Shown: positions 15,918 to 24,516, counted from the stretch's first letter. The stretch is DNA of 32,000 bases from Thermoproteus tenax Kra 1 (GCF_000253055.1 NC_016070.1:1470001-1502000); one strand, 5' to 3'. The notes: generated from the sequence alone by a model not told the origin. Made by a program: numbers and translations.

Positions 15918-16484
15918 GTGAGGCTGAGGCAATCCAGCGCCGTGTCCATGTGCCCATCGTGCGGTTTCGCCATGCCTGGTCTCGATATATGCGGGCTGAC
16001 CAATACGTGCGTTGAGTGCGCCAGAAGAGCCTTGAGGAATATCTGCGAGACTTGTCCCGACAAAGCCAGTTGCGATATAGCGTTGGAGGGCTTAAAGTTT
16101 GTAAAAAGTCTTGAGCCGCACCTAGACGTATATGTTGACGTCTCGAGACGGGTCATAGAGAAGGCCGAGCGCTACGGTCGGGCTAGAATAGCCACGGCCT
16201 TTATGAAGTCGACCATGGGCCTTATAAATGCCGCGAGAGGCTCGGACCCGAGCTCGGCCTTCCCCACGTGGGTGAAGTTGACCTTGAGGGCCTCGGCGGT
16301 GGCTAAGCTGATAAGAACGCCATATGTGATCTCCGAGGATTTCTACAGCGAGTTCAAGGCCCTCTGCAGAGAGTTCGGGTGTAGCGGGTTGGAGGTCCCG
16401 TTGTCCAATCTATTGGTGGCTCTAATAAGTCTCTCCCTCATAGAGAAGCAAGAGGACCCCTCGGCCTATTTTAACTACGCCTAA
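15918..16484 (+). CDS. Hypothetical protein with a Cys-rich N-terminus
   Basis: 188 aa with a GTG start 23 nt from the A/T box at 15890-15900. Eight Cys occur in the first ~52 residues (CPSC-x9-C-x5-CVEC-x8-CETC-x5-C), followed by a helical domain. Confidence 0.55.
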   Translation: MRLRQSSAVSMCPSCGFAMPGLDICGLTNTCVECARRALRNICETCPDKASCDIALEGLKFVKSLEPHLDVYVDVSRRVIEKAERYGRARIATAFMKSTMGLINAARGSDPSSAFPTWVKLTLRASAVAKLIRTPYVISEDFYSEFKALCREFGCSGLEVPLSNLLVALISLSLIEKQEDPSAYFNYA

Positions 16485-17019
16485 TGGGCCTAGGGGCGTA
16501 GTAGGCGAAGAGAGCCTTTAAGACGCCCCTGGCCAATATGTAAAATATTAATGATATTAGCAATAACGCTAGGTACGCCCCGAAACCTGCATACACTTGC
16601 ATATGTAAATTAGCCAAACATGCAGGCAACGAGGCAACCGATGTAGTGACAGCTTGGCATATTTCATTGAGGATAGGGTCTATGAGCGGAGTTATCGCTG
16701 AGGCTGAAACAACAAGCGATATTGTAGCCAGAGCGACAGCGCCGTTTAACAACTTGTTGGCCGAGCCATACTCGCCCCTCATGACGCCCGATTTAGAGAG
16801 ATATCCCGATACTGCTGAGAATATAGATGTAAGGAACGAGGCTATCAACATAACGTTGGGCAATTCGCCGAAGATAAAGTAGCTGGGCAAGCCCAGGCCG
16901 ATATATACTGAGATGCCCAAGACCGAGGCGACAATCGACAATAAGACGGCGCTCCAGATACGCTTGCTGTATTGGGCCCGCCTATCCTCTATCTCCTTGA
17001 GGGTTCTGGCGCGGCTCAT
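16471..17019 (-). CDS. Integral membrane protein (about 4 TM helices)
   Basis: 182 aa. A charged N-terminus (MSRARTLKEIEDRRAQYSKR) is followed by hydrophobic segments. The ATG overlaps the stop of a small upstream zinc-ribbon ORF as ATGA. Confidence 0.65.
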   Translation of the reverse strand: MSRARTLKEIEDRRAQYSKRIWSAVLLSIVASVLGISVYIGLGLPSYFIFGELPNVMLIASFLTSIFSAVSGYLSKSGVMRGEYGSANKLLNGAVALATISLVVSASAITPLIDPILNEICQAVTTSVASLPACLANLHMQVYAGFGAYLALLLISLIFYILARGVLKALFAYYAPRPIRRS

Positions 17020-17186
17020 CTGAGATAGACCACCTCTCTAATTTTTACTTTACAGTTAGGGCATATGAGCAACCTCTCAAGCACCCTCACGCCGCTCCCG
17101 TACTCTATCCTCATCACTTTGCTATCTTCCCTCATGGGTTTCCCACACGAGGGGCACAACATCAAGTATTCTAAATCCACTGACAC
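17016..17186 (-). CDS. Small zinc-ribbon protein (56 aa; below the ORF-track cutoff)
   Basis: My translation is (GTG)MSVDLEYLMLCPSCGKPMREDSKVMRIEYGSGVRVLERLLICPNCKVKIREVVYLR*. It has CPxCG ... CPNC ligand pairs. An in-frame TGA lies immediately upstream of the GTG. An A/T box (reverse strand CTTTTTATTAAC, 17204-17215) lies ~24 nt upstream. The stop overlaps the next gene's ATG (ATGA at 17016-17019). An alternative ATG start is at 17162 (48 aa). Confidence 0.55.
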   Translation of the reverse strand: MSVDLEYLMLCPSCGKPMREDSKVMRIEYGSGVRVLERLLICPNCKVKIREVVYLR

Positions 17187-17244
17187 TCAGCCTACGACAA
17201 CTCGTTAATAAAAAGATTCTTTAAATCGGGGAAATCCTACCAAC

Positions 17245-17661
17245 ATGGAGAAAGTTGAGATAGAGCGCTTAGTTGAAAGAATAAAGGCCGGCGAGAACTT
17301 GGAGGTGCAGGGCTATGAGGGCGACTATGCTCTAGTGGATAAGGTCAAGGGGATAGTGAAGGGCGAGATATCCAGCGACGAGCTATCGGATCTAAGGAAG
17401 AGAAAGCCGAGAGGAGGCCCCACTAAGGAGCAGCTCGAGATAGCGGGCAATATCGCCAGAGTTCTGGCTCAAAATAAGACGCCCTTCAAGGTCATATTCG
17501 GGCCCAAAGAGGTCACGATAAGGGTGGGCAAGGGGTTCATAAGGCTGACGACCGATGTAAGAATTGCTGGATTCTCAAGCCCGCACGAACATCCTCTACC
17601 TTTAATAATGGGCTTGCTCGGACAATACGGCGACGTTAAGTTTCTGAAGCCTCTTAAATAG
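17245..17661 (+). CDS. Hypothetical protein
   Basis: 138-aa ORF of protein-like composition. An A/T box TTCTTTAAATC at 17218-17228 lies ~22 nt upstream of the ATG. Confidence 0.6.
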   Translation: MEKVEIERLVERIKAGENLEVQGYEGDYALVDKVKGIVKGEISSDELSDLRKRKPRGGPTKEQLEIAGNIARVLAQNKTPFKVIFGPKEVTIRVGKGFIRLTTDVRIAGFSSPHEHPLPLIMGLLGQYGDVKFLKPLK

Positions 17662-17696
17662 CCATGAGTTTTATATTGAGGTAAGGCAAAGCTCAA

Positions 17697-18410
17697 GTGA
17701 TCTCCTCAGTTTTGATATCGGAGAGATACCCTGAGCTCCCAATAAAGTTCAAGGAGAGGGAGATATGTGTGGCCGCCTCCAGAGAGGGCCCCCAGATAGC
17801 AGACAGGTGCCACGACGCCAGCTACTTAGTTGTAAAGCCCTATGAGGGCGTCCTTCAAGCGAAGGATTCGTTGGAGCCCTACGGGACAGGCGGGCGCGAG
17901 ATAGAGTTCATCGACTTCTATATGATTGACGGTCTCGGTATAAGCAGGTATAGGCTAGTCAACAAAGGTGGGCGCGTAAGCCAGAGGAGGCTCGTCGAGA
18001 TAGATCTGTTTCAAGGGTTTGTGAAATCGGGTTTATACGGAGAAGTAGAGAGAGCCTTCGAGAACTATCTGAGGGGCTATTCCTCAACTTGTATTTTCGG
18101 CTGTCTAGCCTCGCTGGCTCTGGCGGGCTTTTCGGAGAACATATACGACATAGTAAGGGGCATGTCCAAGCGCGGAAAGATCTTCTATTCTCCCGGAGTG
18201 GCCATATATTTAGACGTAAAGGGTAAAGTCAGCGCGATCGTCGAGATAGCATCTCCGGCATCCCACGTGGAGCTCTTTAGAGAGTTGGTAATGGAGTTCT
18301 TTAGAGAGTCGAGGGGGCTCCACTGGGCGTATATGGGCAGGCTGGCTGTCTCGCGCCCCTCGCTCTTCCTCGACATATTTATGCCGAGGGTCGTTGGCCG
18401 GCCTCCCTAG
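17697..18410 (+). CDS. Hypothetical protein
   Basis: 237-aa ORF with a GTG start, 35 nt downstream of the previous gene on the same strand. I recognise no motif. The 3' end overlaps the convergent wHTH gene by 32 nt. Confidence 0.55.
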   Translation: MISSVLISERYPELPIKFKEREICVAASREGPQIADRCHDASYLVVKPYEGVLQAKDSLEPYGTGGREIEFIDFYMIDGLGISRYRLVNKGGRVSQRRLVEIDLFQGFVKSGLYGEVERAFENYLRGYSSTCIFGCLASLALAGFSENIYDIVRGMSKRGKIFYSPGVAIYLDVKGKVSAIVEIASPASHVELFRELVMEFFRESRGLHWAYMGRLAVSRPSLFLDIFMPRVVGRPP

Positions 18411-18708
18411 AGAATATGAGGTTAGAGCGTCCTTGTCTTCTGACTTCGACGAGTCCCCTCTCGGCGAGTCTCCTCACAGCCTTGTGGACAGTGCTCTTAG
18501 GCAAGCCTAGGTCTCTCACTATATCGCTCTGATAAGCCATACCGCCTCGCTCTCTTATGTATTGGAGTATCTGTCCATCTACATCAAAGGGAGACTCCTC
18601 CTCCTGCGTCTGTGCATTTTTTAACACTTTGAATATTCTTTTACGCCCCGTGAGGATAGCCCATATCAATATAGCGAGCTGTAGCGCAAACAATAGATAG
18701 CTCAACAT
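18379..18708 (-). CDS. Membrane-anchored winged-helix (MarR/ArsR-like) DNA-binding protein
   Basis: 109 aa. An N-terminal TM helix (MLSYLLFALQLAILIWAILTG) is followed by a wHTH pattern: ILQYIRERGGMAYQSDIVRDLGLPKSTVHKAVRRLAERGLVEVRRQGRSNLI. Confidence 0.7.
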   Translation of the reverse strand: MLSYLLFALQLAILIWAILTGRKRIFKVLKNAQTQEEESPFDVDGQILQYIRERGGMAYQSDIVRDLGLPKSTVHKAVRRLAERGLVEVRRQGRSNLIFSREAGQRPSA

Positions 18709-19214
18709 TCCTTGAACACCCCCTTCAAGGAGTCGGCTATATTGAGGACGTCTATGAGACTTTTAATGCCTAAGGTCGCCTCGAAGCCCACCAGAAGCTT
18801 GTCGACATTGGCGCCCATCCCCTTAATCTTCTCCAGGAGGCAGTCCGAGGTGGAGTATACCCGCAGCCTTCTGCTGACACAGTCGCACTCAAAAACTGCC
18901 ACTCGCCCGCCAGAGACGAGGGATCTTCGGAGCCTTACGATGCCCTTATCCTTTAACACGAGCCACCCCTCAGATGCGAGCATCTCGGCGAGATCTAGCA
19001 ATAGCTGGCTGGGCATGGCGGCGCAGAGCGACGCAAGCGACTCCTCAAGTCCCTCTAGAGGCGGCGTTATCCTAAGCCGGACTCCATCGTCCTCGATCTT
19101 TACCTCCATGCTCCTGAGAGACAAGAAGGCCGCGGTCCGCTCTAGCTCCGGCGCCTCAAAAATGAGGAAGTCTTCCTCCCTCTTTAGATCGCACACGGTC
19201 GGCACACCTCGCAT
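18702..19214 (-). CDS. Hypothetical protein
   Basis: 170-aa ORF of balanced composition. It overlaps the downstream wHTH gene by 7 nt. The same-size ORF on the opposite strand (18712-19230) is S/R-rich and looks like a shadow ORF. Confidence 0.6.
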   Translation of the reverse strand: MRGVPTVCDLKREEDFLIFEAPELERTAAFLSLRSMEVKIEDDGVRLRITPPLEGLEESLASLCAAMPSQLLLDLAEMLASEGWLVLKDKGIVRLRRSLVSGGRVAVFECDCVSRRLRVYSTSDCLLEKIKGMGANVDKLLVGFEATLGIKSLIDVLNIADSLKGVFKEC

Positions 19215-19265
19215 TTATAAAAAGGTTTAATCGAATATTCTTTAAAGCTCGACGGCCAGATCCAC

Positions 19266-19637
19266 GTGCCTCGCAACACCCTAGGGCCCTTTCTTAGCTT
19301 CAAGGAGAAGTACTTGAGGAGGGTGCTCGACGGCGATAAAAAAGTCACTATAAGGCTCGGGGCCTTAAGGCCACGCTTCCAGTTGGTCTACATAGTGTGT
19401 TGCGATATGATATATGGCGAAGCCATAATAACAGGAGTGGAATATCTCAGACTGAGGGACGTTCCCCTGGACGTTCTACGCGCCGATGGCTTCAACAGCC
19501 TGGAGGAGGCTTTGGCGGAGCTCAAGAGCCTTTATCCAGATATCTCAGCCAATGATATAGTGTCGGTAGTGCGCTTCATCGTAGTGCGGCGCTACGAGAG
19601 GCCGGTGCCGACATCTTTAGCGGGCAAAAGACAATAA
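19266..19637 (+). CDS. ASCH (PUA-like) domain protein
   Basis: 123 aa with a GTG start. The N-terminal LSFKEKYLRRVLDGDKKVTIRLG and the overall ~120-aa size fit the ASCH pattern (L.f...y...i..G.K..T.R.g). The call is from memory of the family pattern. Confidence 0.6.
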   Translation: MPRNTLGPFLSFKEKYLRRVLDGDKKVTIRLGALRPRFQLVYIVCCDMIYGEAIITGVEYLRLRDVPLDVLRADGFNSLEEALAELKSLYPDISANDIVSVVRFIVVRRYERPVPTSLAGKRQ

Positions 19638-19656
19638 AATATATCACAGTAGACGC

Positions 19657-20682
19657 ATGATCAATAGAATAGCTCAAGAGCTAAAGGACTACGACTATTT
19701 GCTAGTGACAAAACGCGCCAATCTGGCGTACATCACAGGCTTTCCCGACGCCCTCGCGCTCATCGTAGATCTGAGGACAGGTGCATCGACGCTGTACGTA
19801 TCGCGGTTGGACTATAGAAGGGCATTGGCGCTAGCCAAAGCCGACGTCATTAAGGGGTATGCTACTGCGGAGATACCTCCGAGGGAGCCAGACGAGGCTC
19901 TCATTATTGCGAAGAACCTCATGGATCTATTAAAGAGCGAGGCCAAGGGCAGAGTGGCCTCAGACACCAAAGAGCTGGGAGACGACGTCTCAGAAAAGCT
20001 ACAGTCTATCAGGTCTATCAAGACTGAGGAGGAGGTCCAGAAGATAAGGAGGGCCTTGGAGATCACTGAGGAGGTCTTCTCGGAGCTACAGCTTGAGGGG
20101 CGCAGAGAGCGCGACGTGGCCGCCTTTATATACAGAAGAATGTTAGAGTTGGGCTCCGACGGCGTTGCCTTCGAGCCCATCGTTGGCTCAGGCCCCAATT
20201 CGGCCTGGCCGCACTACAATTATGGCGAGAGGAGGATAGCTTACGGCGATTCAGTAGTGGTGGACATAGGCGCTAGATACCAGCTCTATTGCGCCGATAT
20301 GACCAGAACCTACCTCATTGGAGATGTTGTTCCAGCTCTTAAGGACGCCCTATATGCCGTATATGAGTCCGCCAAGGCGGCAGAGAAGGCCGCCAGAGAG
20401 AACGTGCCAGCCAAGGAAGTCGACTTAGCCGCCAGGAAGACCTTGGAGGAGTACGGATTCGGGAAGTACTATATACATTCGACGGGCCACGGAGTCGGCG
20501 TCGAGGTGCACGAGCTGCCCCGTATTTCTCCGACATCCGAGGACATGCTTAAAGTGGGCATGGTCTTTACAATAGAGCCTGGCGTCTATATCAATAACGT
20601 AGGCGGAGTCAGGATTGAGAACATGGCGTATCTCTCCCCAGACGGTCTGATTGTGTTGAACAGAACTCGATATATTATTTAG
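19657..20682 (+). CDS. M24B family Xaa-Pro dipeptidase / aminopeptidase
   Basis: 341 aa with a creatinase/prolidase-type N-domain. Metal-ligand motifs are VVVDIGARYQLYCADMTRT, HSTGHGVGVEVHELPRIS, FTIEPGVY and GVRIENM. Confidence 0.92.
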   Translation: MINRIAQELKDYDYLLVTKRANLAYITGFPDALALIVDLRTGASTLYVSRLDYRRALALAKADVIKGYATAEIPPREPDEALIIAKNLMDLLKSEAKGRVASDTKELGDDVSEKLQSIRSIKTEEEVQKIRRALEITEEVFSELQLEGRRERDVAAFIYRRMLELGSDGVAFEPIVGSGPNSAWPHYNYGERRIAYGDSVVVDIGARYQLYCADMTRTYLIGDVVPALKDALYAVYESAKAAEKAARENVPAKEVDLAARKTLEEYGFGKYYIHSTGHGVGVEVHELPRISPTSEDMLKVGMVFTIEPGVYINNVGGVRIENMAYLSPDGLIVLNRTRYII

Positions 20683-21526
20683 ATCGAGCGTAGACTCCGA
20701 ATCCTCTCTCCACGCGCTCTACGACGAAGCCGGAGTATCTGAGCCTCTCGGCAACCCCCTTCCACACCGATATACCTCGGTACTTTGAGCCAGTTGAGCC
20801 CGTATAGTGGAACAGTCCCCCTCCCCTCCTGACGATTCTCTTGTACTCTGTGTACAACTGCTCCGAGTATAGCGCCTGAGTCGAATGGCTAAGGCGAGGA
20901 GGATCATGTATTATGTAGTCGAAAGACGCGCCTCTCAGGGCCTTGACAAAGTCCATTACGTCGCACAGCTCTACATCGATCCTGTCGCCGAAGAGTCCTC
21001 TACTATAGGGGTTATAGGAGGCTAACAATAACACGTTTGGGTCCGCCTCAACGGTCAATACGTATTTAGCGCCTCTGGCCAGAGATTCTATCGCCGTATA
21101 GCCCAGCCCAGTGCAGCACTCGAATACGCGGCCCCTCACGTACTTGACCTTTCGCTTAGTTACATCTAGAGGGTTCTCCAAGACGCTGTGCATCGTTATT
21201 CCGTTTATCATCAAAGTAGGCGCCCAGCCCCTCCGGTATACGCACAGCTTGTAGAAGTGCTCTCCGGCTATAGAGAGTTGTCTCCAACCGGACTCATATA
21301 CGTATATATCACAGCTCTCTTCGTCCAATTCTGGTAATTCATCCAAGTCTATCTCGTATATTGTACCATTAAAGACGAAGCGGGCACGCCGTCCTCGATA
21401 TTCGATAGGGGTTCTTGTGAGCTCTAGGTCGAAGGAGACGCTGCCCCTCATCTGTCTCAAGTCCTCGATCTGCCACTTAGAGACTACGGGCAGACCACGA
21501 TGTTGGAAAATTTCAGATACCTCCAT
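20675..21526 (-). CDS. Class I SAM-dependent methyltransferase (archaeal COG2521-like)
   Basis: SAM-binding CCTGLGYTAIESLARGAKYVLTVEADP and the catalytic-type IIHDPPR motif. I place the start at ATG 21526 (MEVSEIFQH..., 283 aa), ~26 nt from the A/T box at 21549-21555. The longest ORF (21577) would share a CATG with the divergent ORF start. Confidence 0.8.
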   Translation of the reverse strand: MEVSEIFQHRGLPVVSKWQIEDLRQMRGSVSFDLELTRTPIEYRGRRARFVFNGTIYEIDLDELPELDEESCDIYVYESGWRQLSIAGEHFYKLCVYRRGWAPTLMINGITMHSVLENPLDVTKRKVKYVRGRVFECCTGLGYTAIESLARGAKYVLTVEADPNVLLLASYNPYSRGLFGDRIDVELCDVMDFVKALRGASFDYIIHDPPRLSHSTQALYSEQLYTEYKRIVRRGGGLFHYTGSTGSKYRGISVWKGVAERLRYSGFVVERVERGFGVYARSK

Positions 21527-21548
21527 GTGATGTTTCTTAAACACCGCA

Positions 21549-21555
21549 TTTATAT
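21549..21555. promoter_or_regulatory. Central A/T (TATA-like) box shared by divergent genes (methyltransferase / ORF 21576)
   Basis: TTTATAT lies in the 49-nt spacer 21527-21575, ~26 nt from ATG 21526 (reverse strand) and ~24 nt from ATG 21576 (forward strand). Confidence 0.45.
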
Positions 21556-21575
21556 CGTGGGATAAGGCTAATAAC

Positions 21576-21857
21576 ATGACGCCGATTGGAGAGTATATCC
21601 GCTATCTCGTCATATCGCGCCTAGCTAAAGGTCCGGCGACGGTCGACGAACTGAACTCGGTGGTAGAGGACGCCGTGAGGAGACTGGGGGTCAACTATAA
21701 TTGGCGCATATGGCCCGAGCTCGTCAAACGCGAGGTGGCGTTCGACGGTAATACGGCCAAATTGACCGAGAGGGGAAGGTGGGTCGCGGCCGTGGGCTTG
21801 AAGGCCATGGCCAGGTATGTGCAGAGGACGCTGGGCCGCGTCACTCTGGCGCTATGA
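21576..21857 (+). CDS. Hypothetical small protein (possible wHTH)
   Basis: 93-aa ORF with its ATG 24 nt downstream of the A/T box at 21549-21555. The segment ISRLAKGPATVDELNSVVEDAVRRLG is HTH-like. The 3' end overlaps the HD gene by 17 nt. Confidence 0.45.
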   Translation: MTPIGEYIRYLVISRLAKGPATVDELNSVVEDAVRRLGVNYNWRIWPELVKREVAFDGNTAKLTERGRWVAAVGLKAMARYVQRTLGRVTLAL

Positions 21858-23307
21858 GGGATACCTTGGCCACATAGGGCAAGACAGCCGGCAATATGCG
21901 CTTTATGTAGGCTACGACTCTGTTGCCGCAGCTCCTCGCGGCCTCCTCGCGTAGATATGCGAAAAAGTGAGGAGACCGGTCCCATGCCTCTTTGACCGCC
22001 TGGACAAGGGGGGACAGTTGTTCCAAGCGTATGGGCCCCTCCTGAGTTGCTATGTATATGTCGTCGGCCTTAGGATCGAAGGCCGCGTGAGCGATTTCGA
22101 GATCGCCGTCAGCTAGCTTGCATCCGGTTTTTTCAAGCATTCTATTAAGTTCCTCTATTAACACGGTCTTCATTATCTGTTGCGCCTCGATTTCAGACGA
22201 TGAGTATATCTCGTCGATAGTCCTGTTAATCAGCTTCACATCATCTTTAAATATTTCGAGATAATCCTTGTCTCTTTTCCACAGAGATATATAGCCCAGC
22301 TTTCTGCGCGAGAGGAGATCCTTGAACTTTGTATCGTTAATAAATACTGATACAAAGAAGTCGTCTGTAGTCCGCCACAGTAAATCCTCAGAGATATCTC
22401 CTGAGACGAAACGGGCTAAGTCGCATAGATATTCGCATATTACGCCCTTCAGAGAGCCCTCTCTACACTTTTGTATATTTTCTCTAAGTATTGATCTCGC
22501 CACCTCCGTGAAGAGGATAGTCTTATGATGTAGATAGACATGCCGGTATATGTTATATCTAGTGATCACATAGCCCTCCAGATGGACGCGGGCCTTCTCG
22601 TCGAAGACAAGCCCGTAGCCTTTCACATAGTCGATATTGCTGATCATGCGCTCAAGGTCAATGTGGCCTATAGAGGTCCCCACGGCGGCGCCTGTGAAGT
22701 ATAAGTCGCGCATTATATAATCAAGGCGGTCAGCATCGAGAGTGCCGGAGACTATGCCCGATAATATCTTCACGATCTCTCCGTCCTTTGACGAATATTC
22801 CTTGTCTAATATCGATTTAATGAGGCTCGGGTCGTAGCCGCGCTCCCTTAGATCAGACGAGATCCGTTCCACTATGAGCCGGCCTGTGACCTCGTGAGGC
22901 TTCTCTCTCTCGAAGAGAGATATGTCGACGGAGTTCCCACACCCCAAGTCCTTAGACGCAGAAACTAGCTCGCCTATGACTCCCTCAAACGTGTGCGAGA
23001 AGGGGTAGTGCCCTATGTCGTGCAGTAGAGCGGCCAGCCGCAGATGTTTGAGGAGATAGTCCAGATCTTCCGACACTGCCACCTTAGGGAGCAGCTCCTT
23101 GCCGATATGGTAGGCCAGATGCATAACCCCAAGAGAGTGGTCGAACCGCGAGTACACCGCAGAGGGATAGACCAAATAGACCATCCCCAACTGTTTTATA
23201 TAGCGGAGCCGCTGTATGACGGGCAATGAGTCCAGTAGCTCTACCTCATCTTTAGTCAAACGGATCCAACCATGGACCGGATCTCGAATCTGTTTGATGA
23301 ATTGCAC
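21841..23307 (-). CDS. HD-domain phosphohydrolase (COG1078 / SAMHD1-dGTPase-like)
   Basis: 488 aa with a GTG start. Motifs are RFDHSLGVMHLA, LLHDIGHYPFSH and LDADRLDYIMRD, the H..HD..D signature of dNTP triphosphohydrolase-like HD proteins. Confidence 0.9.
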   Translation of the reverse strand: MQFIKQIRDPVHGWIRLTKDEVELLDSLPVIQRLRYIKQLGMVYLVYPSAVYSRFDHSLGVMHLAYHIGKELLPKVAVSEDLDYLLKHLRLAALLHDIGHYPFSHTFEGVIGELVSASKDLGCGNSVDISLFEREKPHEVTGRLIVERISSDLRERGYDPSLIKSILDKEYSSKDGEIVKILSGIVSGTLDADRLDYIMRDLYFTGAAVGTSIGHIDLERMISNIDYVKGYGLVFDEKARVHLEGYVITRYNIYRHVYLHHKTILFTEVARSILRENIQKCREGSLKGVICEYLCDLARFVSGDISEDLLWRTTDDFFVSVFINDTKFKDLLSRRKLGYISLWKRDKDYLEIFKDDVKLINRTIDEIYSSSEIEAQQIMKTVLIEELNRMLEKTGCKLADGDLEIAHAAFDPKADDIYIATQEGPIRLEQLSPLVQAVKEAWDRSPHFFAYLREEAARSCGNRVVAYIKRILPAVLPYVAKVSLIAPE

Positions 23308-23335
23308 ACAATTATTAGACCTCAGTTATTTTAGC

Positions 23336-24394
23336 GTGCGCGTGGCTATAATCGGGGCAGGCCCAGCTGGGCTCTCTGCCGCCAGAGGCCTTGACGCAGA
23401 TGTGTTTGAAGAACACGACAGCGTGGGCCTTCCGCGGCACTGTACGAGTCTCGTGAGCTCCGAGGGGGCAGAGTCGTCGGGTATAAGTCCTTCGTTGGTC
23501 GTAAGTAAGTATAACCTTGTCACACTGATGAACCTAAGGGGAGACTACATCGTGTTCAGACTTAGGAAGCCCGTCTATATGATAGATAGGCCCGGCCTTG
23601 AGGACAAGCTGGCCGAGGGCATTGCAGTGAAGCTCCGTAGTAGAGTCACAGGCGTGGAGGGCCACTATATATTTGTAAACAACGAACGTCGCGGACCCTA
23701 CGACGTCATCGTCATAGCCGAGGGCGCGGCGAGGAGGTTTTCTGAAAGGTACGGAAAGGTGGTCAGATTGCCGGGGCTTCAGATCGACGCGAGGATAGCG
23801 GGCAGGCCCTTAGAAGAGATGAACGTTATATACGATAGAAAAATATCTCAGAGCTATTTCGCCTGGGTTGTACACATAGACGGCGAGCTCTACAGAATAG
23901 GCCTCGCAGATAGATCGCAGATTCCCCAGAAGTTGCAAAAATTGTTGAAGATATTCAGAGCGGAGCCTGTGTCTAAGCCGTTCGGCGGAGGCGTCTTGGC
24001 AGGCCCTCCCGCGCCTAGGTTAGTAGTAGGCCCTCATGCCTTGGTTGGAGATGCAGCAGGCCTCACTAAACCTCTGAGCGGGGGAGGGATAGTTCTGGCC
24101 CTAAAGAGCGGCGTAGCTCTTAGAGACTCGATCAATAAAGGGGACTTGGGCCTCTATGAGTCCGCGCTTAGGCCAACCCTACTAAGGTTGAAAGTTGCAC
24201 ACCTCGCATATAAATTCATGTACGAAAGGGGGTTCGTCCACAAGTCGCTGGCACTTTTCAGTAAGTCGGAATTCTTGGCGTACGACTATGACGACCATGT
24301 GAAGACTCTGTTGCTCGCCCTCATGACGACCCACAAAGCGCCGATAGCTCTGGCGGAGGGGCTACGGTATTATCTGCGCTCGGAAAAAATTTAA
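23336..24394 (+). CDS. Geranylgeranyl reductase family FAD-dependent oxidoreductase
   Basis: FAD fingerprint VAIIGAGPAGLSAARGL at the N-terminus and VGDAAGLTKPLSGGGI later. I place the start at GTG 23336 (352 aa). The track ORF start (23216) lies inside the divergent HD gene. Confidence 0.88.
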   Translation: MRVAIIGAGPAGLSAARGLDADVFEEHDSVGLPRHCTSLVSSEGAESSGISPSLVVSKYNLVTLMNLRGDYIVFRLRKPVYMIDRPGLEDKLAEGIAVKLRSRVTGVEGHYIFVNNERRGPYDVIVIAEGAARRFSERYGKVVRLPGLQIDARIAGRPLEEMNVIYDRKISQSYFAWVVHIDGELYRIGLADRSQIPQKLQKLLKIFRAEPVSKPFGGGVLAGPPAPRLVVGPHALVGDAAGLTKPLSGGGIVLALKSGVALRDSINKGDLGLYESALRPTLLRLKVAHLAYKFMYERGFVHKSLALFSKSEFLAYDYDDHVKTLLLALMTTHKAPIALAEGLRYYLRSEKI

Positions 24395-24414
24395 AGCAAC
24401 ATAAAGATAAAGTC

Positions 24415-24516
24415 GCCGGGGTGGCCGAGCGGCCCAAGGCGCGGGACTCGAGGCCAGGGGGACGCGTGACATCCCGTCCCCGCGAGGGGGCGTGGGTTCA
24501 AATCCCACCCCCGGCG
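24415..24516 (+). tRNA. tRNA-Ser (anticodon CGA) with an 18-nt intron at the canonical 37/38 position
   Basis: Acceptor GCCGGGG/CCCCGGC with G73. The D arm is GCCGAGCGGCCCAAGGC. The anticodon stem CGGGA/TCCCG encloses CT-CGA-G[GCCAGGGGGACGCGTGAC]A. There is a long variable arm (CCCC-GCGA-GGGG) and a T arm GTGGG-TTCAAAT-CCCAC. In the pre-tRNA, positions 32-35 pair with the intron at 3 of 4 positions (one U-U mismatch). Confidence 0.9.
24453..24470 (+). other. tRNA-Ser intron (18 nt)
   Basis: Removing GCCAGGGGGACGCGTGAC restores a 7-nt anticodon loop CTCGAGA. Other splice choices leave a pyrimidine at position 37. Confidence 0.75.

Noticed and set aside
18712-19230. 172-aa forward-strand ORF mirroring the 170-aa reverse-strand ORF.
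   Set aside because: It is S/R/T-rich and non-protein-like. The reverse-strand frame has balanced composition and is coupled to the downstream wHTH gene.
23216-23335. N-terminal 40 codons of the geranylgeranyl reductase track ORF.
   Set aside because: They lie inside the divergent HD-domain gene. The FAD fingerprint begins right after GTG 23336, which has its own A/T box.
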